64,000 nucleotides of DNA from Spirochaetia bacterium (GTDB lineage: Bacteria > Spirochaetota > Spirochaetia > UBA9216): assembly GCA_965140585.1 (NCBI GenBank), contig OZ223269.1, positions 1,024,001-1,088,000 of the forward strand, read 5' to 3'. Positions 57,007 through 64,000 of this stretch are shown piece after piece (position 1 is the first letter of the stretch; every line of letters begins with the position of its first letter). Position numbers and translations under genes: made by a program. The notes under the pieces were generated by a model. The model saw only the letters and a program-made list of their open reading frames with translations, had not been told where the DNA came from and did not search any database.

Positions 57007-58472
57007 ATAACTCTCTCAATTTCTGCGAGGTCAGTGACACCATCAATGGTCTTCTGCAAGCCATTTTTAAACAGCACAGAATATTTTTCTTTTTCTAGTT
57101 GTGCTGCCAGAATATTATTAGGTGAGTTTTTTACTATTAACTCTTCGAGTTCCGGAGATTTTACAAAACATTCTGCAACTGTTGTACGTCCGGAATATCC
57201 TGTGAAGCTGCACTCCGGACATCCCTGATGGTGAAAGCCCGATTCGGTTTCAAGTCCGTATTGTGCATAAATAGATTTTTCTGCTGTAGAGAGTTTTATT
57301 TCTTTCCTGCAGGCTGGGCATAAAACCCTGACAAGCCTCTGAGCAACTGCACCGCGTAGAATTGCCGCGAGCAGGTATGATTCTACTCCCATATTTATAA
57401 GACGATGTACAGATGACACTGCGTCATTTGTATGAAGAGACGAGAGCACAAGATGCCCTGTGAGAGCTGCTCGAACGGCAAGCTGTGCTGTATCGGAATC
57501 CCTTATTTCTCCAACCATAATAATATTCGGATCCTGCCGTAAAACACGTCTGAGCAGGGAATGGAAGGTCAGTCTGATTTCATCGTTCGTCTGAATCTGA
57601 TTAACTCCGTCTATACTGTATTCTACAGGATCCTCAATAGTAACAATTTTATTTGACTGATGATCAAGGTTACGAATAATAGCATTCAGACTGGTCGTTT
57701 TACCGGAACCTGTTGGACCGGTGAACAGTACAAGACCATGCGGCTGATTATAAAGGTGAACAATGTTCTTCTTTACAGATTCGGAAAAACCAAGTTCATC
57801 AATACCAAGAAGTGACCCTTTCCGGTTGAAAAGGCGGAGCACTATCGATTCTCCTCCTGTGATGGGAACAATTGAAAGCCTCATGTCCAGTTCAACCCCG
57901 GCTATACTGACTGAGATTCGGCCGTCCTGTGGCAGCCTTCTTTCCATAATGTTCAAATCTGCCATTATCTTAATACGGCTTGAAACAGGAGAGAAAAATG
58001 CAGCATCGTATTCCATGGCCTGAACCAGCACACCATCTATACGGTAGCGTATTGACAGTCTGTCTGTACGGCCCTCAATATGAATATCTGAAGCCTTTTT
58101 TCGAATGGCTTCAATAAATATAGAGTTGACCAGGTTTATGATTGGAGCATCATCAGTAAAAGTATCTATCTCAATATGCATATCCGGACCGGAAGACGCT
58201 TGATAAGCGTCTGCGCCGGATAGTGCCCGGCCCAAATAAATTGTAAAATCTTCTGGCTCAATCTCAATAAACTCAACAGCTCCACGGTGAAAATCTATTA
58301 TTTCATCAATCAGCTCCTGACTGTACGGATAACATATCCCTGTAATTGATATTCCGTTTTCATTAAGGCCAAGCTTGAGAACTTTATTTTTCTCCATGAA
58401 CTTAACTGCATACTGTTCATTAATAGGCGGGAGGGGTTCGTAATCTTTAATTGCGGCTTTCGGGATGTTCAT
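57003..58472 (-). CDS. gspE: Type II secretion ATPase GspE
   Basis: ASDIHIE, RRLPQDGR, GPTGSGKT, TIEDPVE, LRQDP..IMVGEIRD and a tetracysteine motif. Confidence 0.95.
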   Translation of the reverse strand: MNIPKAAIKDYEPLPPINEQYAVKFMEKNKVLKLGLNENGISITGICYPYSQELIDEIIDFHRGAVEFIEIEPEDFTIYLGRALSGADAYQASSGPDMHIEIDTFTDDAPIINLVNSIFIEAIRKKASDIHIEGRTDRLSIRYRIDGVLVQAMEYDAAFFSPVSSRIKIMADLNIMERRLPQDGRISVSIAGVELDMRLSIVPITGGESIVLRLFNRKGSLLGIDELGFSESVKKNIVHLYNQPHGLVLFTGPTGSGKTTSLNAIIRNLDHQSNKIVTIEDPVEYSIDGVNQIQTNDEIRLTFHSLLRRVLRQDPNIIMVGEIRDSDTAQLAVRAALTGHLVLSSLHTNDAVSSVHRLINMGVESYLLAAILRGAVAQRLVRVLCPACRKEIKLSTAEKSIYAQYGLETESGFHHQGCPECSFTGYSGRTTVAECFVKSPELEELIVKNSPNNILAAQLEKEKYSVLFKNGLQKTIDGVTDLAEIERVI

Positions 58473-60640
58473 GATTTCGGGAAAAACTCTTTTGACAGTC
58501 TTGTAATTTCTTCTTCTACCGACAGAGCCGAATCAACTGCAGTCTCTTCTTCAAGATAGGGAACCAGGTAAACTACAAACTCGGTATTTTCTTCGGTATC
58601 ACTGATCTTCCTGAATAAAAAGCCGATAAGCGGAATATCTCCAAGAATTGGGACTTTTGATACGGATTCGGTTACTTCCTTCTGCATCAAACCACCGATT
58701 ACAATGGGTTTTCCCGATGGTGTGCGTAAGTGGGTATTTATAATTCTTTCTGTTGTAGGAGGAAGCTCGTCTTCGCTGCTTTCACTGTCGCTTTCCTTTG
58801 AAATAGTCGATTCGACTTCCATAGTGATCATATTATCACCGGAGACCCATCCGGTTATTTCCATAAAAAGTCCTGTTGAGATCTCGCTTGTAACACCTGT
58901 GTATGTAATATCTCCGTCATCATCAACTTCCGGTTCACGGTAACGGTAGGTTGAGCTGTTCTGAAAACTGACTGTCTGGCCGGATAGTCCATGCAGAGTA
59001 GTATCAGCCATTACCTCGGCTGTGCTGTTGCTCAGTTTTGTATCCAGCTCAACAGCAAACAGATATCCAAATGTAGAAAGGATATCAAAATCAAGCGACA
59101 GCAGATTACCTACAGTTCCAAGAAAAGCTGATTCACTGTCATCCTTGGATGCCGAATTAGATACGCTGATGCCGAAATCAAGCCCCTTGCTCTTTTGGTA
59201 CTGAATTATCATAAGCTTGTATCTAAGCTGGGGAGCCGGAACATCAATTTCTGCAACCAGTGATTTTAGATATTCCAACCTTGAACTGCTTCCGATAAAA
59301 TATACGGACGACATGCTGCCGGTGTCCTTGAAATCATCAGTGGTAAACGGGGGAGGCGGGTTGCCAAGAAAATCTTCGGCCTTCAGATACTTGAAAGTCA
59401 GTACATGTGATTCCCTGGGAACATCCATTGCTGCAAGCAGTCCTTCAACTTCGATTTTCTGCTGAGCAGTATAAAATCCCAAAAACGAATGCGCATCCTT
59501 CAATACAATAGGCTGGGGCGCCTTAAGCCTCTGCGGGAAAGCCTCAATTGCTGTCGAGGGTTCCATAAAATCCAGGGTAAAGGTATAGTACTCTTTGTCG
59601 GTCTGGGGCTTGTCTATTGCCTTTAAGTAGTCTTTGAGCGGTCTTAATTCTTCAAGGCTTCCGCTTAGGATAAGAGAATTCCTGTCCTTATCGATTTTGT
59701 AGAAATTGCTGGAGCTTAGAAGATTAGGCAGCAGGGATGGCACATCCTCAGCCGAGATGTATTTTAGAGTATAGTACTCGGAAAGCTTGTACTGCTTAAG
59801 AATATCCTGACGGTTTATGTCGAAAAGATAGTATATTTCATTATTTACAGTGTAATCACCGCCGGTCTGCACAAGAAGAAGCCGCAGAAGTTCATCAAAA
59901 CTTTTATCTGTATATTCAAGATCCTTCAGTGACGCGGATGATTTAAAAAGCAGGACGTATTCTTTGTCCGCTTTTTTAAATAGTTCGTCGATGACGGAGA
60001 GTAAATCTCCGCGGTCTAAGTTCAGGTAGTAACTGTTATCACCGGCAACAGTTATAGACTCCTGCTCGGCCTTTCCAGTTCCTGAGCTTTGGGTGTCCAG
60101 CTCTCTTTTTATATAAAAGTAATCGTTATCTACATACAGGGAATAATCAGAAAAACGGGAAGTTATCATAGCAAGAAAACTTTCCGGAGTTATTTCTACA
60201 CTGTTAAGAGTCAGCCTGTCTGAGGGCAGGGGATCGAATAAAATGGTTTTCCCGATGATTTTAGACGCTTCCTGTAAAATATTAAAAAGATTTGCATCAA
60301 TAGTCCTGATTGAAAACAAACCTGTTTCAGATATATAAACTGCATCTATTCTTGATATCGAATAAATTTTATCACCAATCTTTTTATAAAAGAAACCGTA
60401 TTTTTTACTGAGACTGTCAAGAGCTTCCTCAAAAGTTGTATCCGAGAATCGGTATGTGACCGTTCCTGTTACAGTATCATCCGGAAGTATTGAATAGCCG
60501 GCAGTTGAACCAAGGGCGATGAGAACATCAGCCAAAGGTTTGTTTTTAAACTCTATGCTTTTAATTATCTCATCTGCATAGATGTGATACTGTGTAAAGA
60601 TAATAAGGATCATACTAATCAGGCACAATCTAATTTTCAT
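58469..60640 (-). CDS. gspD: Secretin (GspD-like)
   Basis: Signal peptide, multiple N domains, secretin signature VIGGL...KVPILGDIPLIGFLF. Confidence 0.9.
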   Translation of the reverse strand: MKIRLCLISMILIIFTQYHIYADEIIKSIEFKNKPLADVLIALGSTAGYSILPDDTVTGTVTYRFSDTTFEEALDSLSKKYGFFYKKIGDKIYSISRIDAVYISETGLFSIRTIDANLFNILQEASKIIGKTILFDPLPSDRLTLNSVEITPESFLAMITSRFSDYSLYVDNDYFYIKRELDTQSSGTGKAEQESITVAGDNSYYLNLDRGDLLSVIDELFKKADKEYVLLFKSSASLKDLEYTDKSFDELLRLLLVQTGGDYTVNNEIYYLFDINRQDILKQYKLSEYYTLKYISAEDVPSLLPNLLSSSNFYKIDKDRNSLILSGSLEELRPLKDYLKAIDKPQTDKEYYTFTLDFMEPSTAIEAFPQRLKAPQPIVLKDAHSFLGFYTAQQKIEVEGLLAAMDVPRESHVLTFKYLKAEDFLGNPPPPFTTDDFKDTGSMSSVYFIGSSSRLEYLKSLVAEIDVPAPQLRYKLMIIQYQKSKGLDFGISVSNSASKDDSESAFLGTVGNLLSLDFDILSTFGYLFAVELDTKLSNSTAEVMADTTLHGLSGQTVSFQNSSTYRYREPEVDDDGDITYTGVTSEISTGLFMEITGWVSGDNMITMEVESTISKESDSESSEDELPPTTERIINTHLRTPSGKPIVIGGLMQKEVTESVSKVPILGDIPLIGFLFRKISDTEENTEFVVYLVPYLEEETAVDSALSVEEEITRLSKEFFPKS

Positions 60641-60734
60641 CAGCTATTTCCTGCAAATTTCTTTTATTTGATATGCTCGCTGAAAAGTGAAAACGCTGAT
60701 TTGTTCGAATTACTTCAGATTTGCTGAATAATTT

Positions 60735-61151
60735 CTATATAATTAGAAAAACTATTGTAGGAATGGATAAAAAGGGTGCGAAAGCGATTCTTTTTTGTTT
60801 GATTTCTTTTTTAAATATCAAGTATAGAATTGCCATATATACAAGTGCAATAACACTTGCGGATAGAAGAATTATCAGCCAAATACGAATCCCATGAAGA
60901 ACTGCTATAGAAGCAGAAAGAATTGCATCTCCAAGACCGAGGTTTCCGGAAGTTAATATGTGAATTACTATGAAAAAGAGAAAACCAGTTAGAACATTTA
61001 GAATAATGAAAAACTCATTACTTTTCATCATAACTTTTTCTGAAATAACAATACTTAGCAGGAGTATGTTTAACACAAGCGGGATCTTGTAAGTTAAGTA
61101 ATCAATTACTGAAATCATTAAGAGAATAAAAATTAAAATAACTTTTGCCAT
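60735..61151 (-). CDS. Prepilin peptidase (A24), short form lacking the N-terminal methylase domain
   Basis: Catalytic Asp motifs SVIDY..YKIP and GLGD, with IAFAPF; 138 aa. Confidence 0.82.
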   Translation of the reverse strand: MAKVILIFILLMISVIDYLTYKIPLVLNILLLSIVISEKVMMKSNEFFIILNVLTGFLFFIVIHILTSGNLGLGDAILSASIAVLHGIRIWLIILLSASVIALVYMAILYLIFKKEIKQKRIAFAPFLSIPTIVFLII

Positions 61152-61226
61152 TCATTATTAAAACAACAAAATAGCTTTTTAAATTCATTTTTTAGCGATT
61201 TATAAATCCAGCATAGTATGACTAAA

Positions 61227-61580
61227 TTAAATGAAACGCCCTGGAGATACCTGAAATATTTCAGCAAGTTTGTGAGCGGTTGATTTACTAATGCCTCTTG
61301 AACCGTTTTCCATTGCGGAAACATTCTGCTTAACCATTCCAAGCTTTTCAGCCAGCTCAGGCTGACTCATTCCAGCTCTTTTTCTATACCGCTTGAGGGT
61401 ATTACCAGGCTCTGTTTTGTTTTTCTTATTCTGATACCAACTGGTTTCTGAAATATCAATAAGTTCTTCATCATCGATTACTTCAACGTTTTTATAGTGA
61501 TTCTGGAGGAAGTTTAAGAGTTCTTCCGAAATTATATCTGCTGAAATTTCAATATGGGGCTTTTTCACGACTGCCAACAT
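61227..61580 (-). CDS. XRE-family HTH regulator (HigA-like antitoxin architecture)
   Basis: GGAGG RBS and C-terminal HTH (LKRYRKRAGMSQPELAEKLG...VSAMENGSRGIS). Confidence 0.85.
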   Translation of the reverse strand: MLAVVKKPHIEISADIISEELLNFLQNHYKNVEVIDDEELIDISETSWYQNKKNKTEPGNTLKRYRKRAGMSQPELAEKLGMVKQNVSAMENGSRGISKSTAHKLAEIFQVSPGRFI

Positions 61581-61599
61581 AATAAACCTCCAATTCCAT

Positions 61600-62282
61600 A
61601 TAATAAATTAGTTTATATTCAGATAGATTCAGAAAATTTTCTCATCTTGGAAGTATTTACAGAGGCATCTTATGGAGATATAGGGGTTCTGGTTACAAAT
61701 CCTGAAAATCCTATAAAGGGTAGAATATATCTTTTTGCGCATCAGTATGCTCAGGATCACGATACAGATGGTGTAACGAAATATTACAACAATCATGATG
61801 AGTTACACTTTTTAGATTTAAATGGCAATGAGATAACAACAATGCCAAGTAGTTATAGTAACGCAGGATATGTAGAGGCTGGTGACTGGATAGGTTTAAT
61901 GGGCGGAAACGGTGGTTTTAAGCCGCATATCCATATGGAAGTCTATGAGTACTTTGATGAAGTTGTAGAAAAACACAGCGGTTTGGTGAATGGAACACCT
62001 TTTAACGAAATAGTTACAGTAATTAATGAAAATATCGGTGTTACTACAGCAATCGAAAATGTAGAGAAGAGTATAAATTGGCAGAGAGTTGATCCTAGAA
62101 CAGTATTCATACAGGATTTATTTATTGACAATGACAGTTTTGCAAATGATACTGCAGCAATAATTAAACAGTTAAATGAGCATGATGAATACTGGCCGAA
62201 CACAACAATCGATAAAGAAAACAAGTACAGACAATTCTTCAAACCTTGGGAAAAATGGACGAAGATTACAGGAGCTGAGTAA
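61600..62282 (+). pseudogene. N-terminally truncated M23-peptidase-like fragment (orphan toxin-tip-like)
   Basis: YLFAH, VEAGDWIGLMGGNG, PHIHMEV and RVDP motifs are present. The first HxxxD motif and a credible RBS/start are missing; the track's ATG lies inside the opposite-strand HTH gene. Left boundary approximate. Confidence 0.6.
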
Positions 62283-62284
62283 GA

Positions 62285-63427
62285 ATGAAGAAAATCTATA
62301 TAATTTTATTATTAACAATCAATATTGGTTTAAACATTTATGCAGAACCGCCTGTTATTGAGCTCGAAACAGAAAGTCTATCATCTATGAATGTATATTC
62401 TTTTGATAATTACTGGTTTGAAAATCATTATGTTTATCTATCCGGAAGTGGTGGTAGCCGTTTTAAGAATGTACAGACTTTTGAAGAAGGTTTTTTTGAT
62501 TCAACAAAAGAGATAAAGACAATTCTTGGAACTTATGGAGATAATTTTTTAGTCTCAAGAAATAAACAAGACCAAAGTAATAAATATTTAGATGAAAATG
62601 GTTTTATTGATATATATATCTACAATCCAAGAGAAGATTCATATAAGCAGTTAGATAAAATAGTAGGTGGTACGGCAAAAAGTGATATAAAATATCTGTT
62701 CCATTATCATGATGAGTATTTACTATGCACAAGATCCACCGATGGCACCTATGATTATGGAAGACAAGTATTGATAAATTACGAAACCGGTGAAGAAATG
62801 TTCCTTCCCCCCGGAGGTCTAATGGTAGATCTTTCACCCGACAAATTGACAGGGTTGTACTATCGTCGTAATGAGAGAGAATATCAAATTAAAAAAATTG
62901 GAGAGCGAGGGTCTGTGTTGGGTACTTATAATAATTTAATAAGTGATGACAGGAATTCTTTTTTTATAACAAATGATTTATTTGCATTACAATTTAATGA
63001 AGATCTTAGAATCTTTAATATGAATTGTCAATTACAAGTAACTTTCAAATACCTCATACCTAAAGGTACAAACTTAAATCCAATACATTTCAAAAAGTTT
63101 CGAAATTCCCAATATGGGTATTTTGGTCCTGATTATACACTTGTAAAAGCACCAGATATTTATCCTTACCTCGACGAACTTGGTCTCTTGTTCCACCCAA
63201 CTACTGCAACCTTGAACGATGACCGCGTCCGCATGCGCGAATGGCCCCTGCTTGACGCACAGCACGTAGCCTTCCTTAAACAGGACGAAGAAGTAGAAGT
63301 CCTCGACCGCAGTGGCATAAAAGTTCAGATAGACGACATGAACGACTACTGGTACAAAGTAAAACGCTCAGACGGTACAGAAGGATGGACATACGGCTAC
63401 TTCCTCGATTTAGCCGAAGAAGAATAA
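62285..63427 (+). CDS. Secreted protein with variable AT-rich N-terminus and C-terminal SH3b domain (immunity-like)
   Basis: Signal peptide MKKIYII...IYA|E and C-terminal LNDDRVRMREWP...DYWYKV...DG.EGWTYGYFL. Confidence 0.8.
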   Translation: MKKIYIILLLTINIGLNIYAEPPVIELETESLSSMNVYSFDNYWFENHYVYLSGSGGSRFKNVQTFEEGFFDSTKEIKTILGTYGDNFLVSRNKQDQSNKYLDENGFIDIYIYNPREDSYKQLDKIVGGTAKSDIKYLFHYHDEYLLCTRSTDGTYDYGRQVLINYETGEEMFLPPGGLMVDLSPDKLTGLYYRRNEREYQIKKIGERGSVLGTYNNLISDDRNSFFITNDLFALQFNEDLRIFNMNCQLQVTFKYLIPKGTNLNPIHFKKFRNSQYGYFGPDYTLVKAPDIYPYLDELGLLFHPTTATLNDDRVRMREWPLLDAQHVAFLKQDEEVEVLDRSGIKVQIDDMNDYWYKVKRSDGTEGWTYGYFLDLAEEE

Positions 63428-63432
63428 TTACA

Positions 63433-63460
63433 GCGCAGGGTAAGAAGCCCTGCGTTTTGT
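63433..63460 (+). terminator. Terminator after the SH3 protein gene
   Basis: GCGCAGGG-taagaag-CCCTGCGT followed by TTTGTTT. Confidence 0.7.
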
Positions 63461-63518
63461 TTATTATAACGAAATAACAGTTCATTGATAATTAAGAGAA
63501 GGACACCCTCCGGTGTAA

Positions 63519-63887
63519 TCAGAGTACAAAACGGCGCCACATTAAACTGTTGTTTTTGAAATTGAACAGATAGCCAACTTTTAATTTAGAAATATGTAAA
63601 TAATTCAAAAGCTGAGCTTCCATTGCCGGAGAGAAAGAGTTTACAGCCTTAAGTTCCAATATAATCTTATTATCAACAACAATATCTGCAAAGAATTCAC
63701 CTACAAGCTGATTACGGTGAAAAACATTCAAAGGCTGCTGAGCCTGAAACGGAACACAAAGATACTCAAGTTCTACTTCGAAAGCCTTTTGATAAACTGA
63801 TTCCAAGAGGCCTTGTCCAACTGAACGGTGAACTGAATGAGCAGCAGATAAAACAATACTTGATAATTCTTCATAAATTAATGCCAT
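63519..63887 (-). CDS. GxxExxY protein (PD-(D/E)XK nuclease-like)
   Basis: GLLESVY, ADIVVD.KIILELK, AQLLNYL and G.L.NF motifs. ATG 63887 follows an AGGAG RBS. Confidence 0.92.
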   Translation of the reverse strand: MALIYEELSSIVLSAAHSVHRSVGQGLLESVYQKAFEVELEYLCVPFQAQQPLNVFHRNQLVGEFFADIVVDNKIILELKAVNSFSPAMEAQLLNYLHISKLKVGYLFNFKNNSLMWRRFVL

Positions 63888-63921
63888 GATGCAACTCCTG
63901 TTTTTCTTCAAACCACTAAGT

Positions 63922-64000
63922 CTGTTTTCGAGGAGTCAAGGTTCCAAAAGCAGCAAAGCTGCTTTCGGACTTAGCCTTGACCTTGACGGCTCGAAAACAG
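63922..64000. repeat. Long nested imperfect inverted repeat upstream of the GxxExxY gene
   Basis: Nested arms CTGTTTTCGAG/CTCGAAAACAG, GTCAAGG/CCTTGAC and AAAGCAGC/GCTGCTTT. It may extend beyond the window. Confidence 0.8.

Noticed and set aside
63165-63427. DGR template or variable repeat (AAC/GAC/TAC-rich segment)
   Set aside because: No second copy differing only at adenines and no reverse transcriptase were seen in the window.

Overview
Mostly core chromosome of a free-living spirochaete-like anaerobe. The lineage is inferred from the protein families present (spirochaete-type PilZ/DUF1577, FecR-barrel proteins, SH3 lipoproteins, ComFB, HTH-PTS IIA). Housekeeping genes include mutL, ttcA, an HD dNTPase, aconitase, elongator tRNA-Met, cyaB, galM, rnhA, comM/yifB, htrA, uvrB and a TPP-riboswitch-controlled thiBPQ transporter. 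From about 51 kb there is an atypical type II secretion (Gsp) cluster. It runs into an AT-rich, accessory-looking end carrying an orphan XRE regulator, a start-less M23 peptidase tip, a chimeric secreted protein with a GC-rich SH3 tail, and a GxxExxY gene preceded by a long hairpin. The most unusual observations are: (1) a circularly permuted papain-family lipoprotein; (2) a candidate polymorphic M23/SH3 cassette beside the T2SS; (3) two 3'-UTR elements sharing a hairpin / anti-SD (CUCCUUU) / terminator layout; (4) a SprA-like giant outer-membrane protein co-oriented with two paralogous barrels; (5) a pore-less voltage-sensor/HAMP protein. No CRISPR array, rRNA, integrase or transposase was seen. 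All family assignments come from motif recognition by eye, not database searches.
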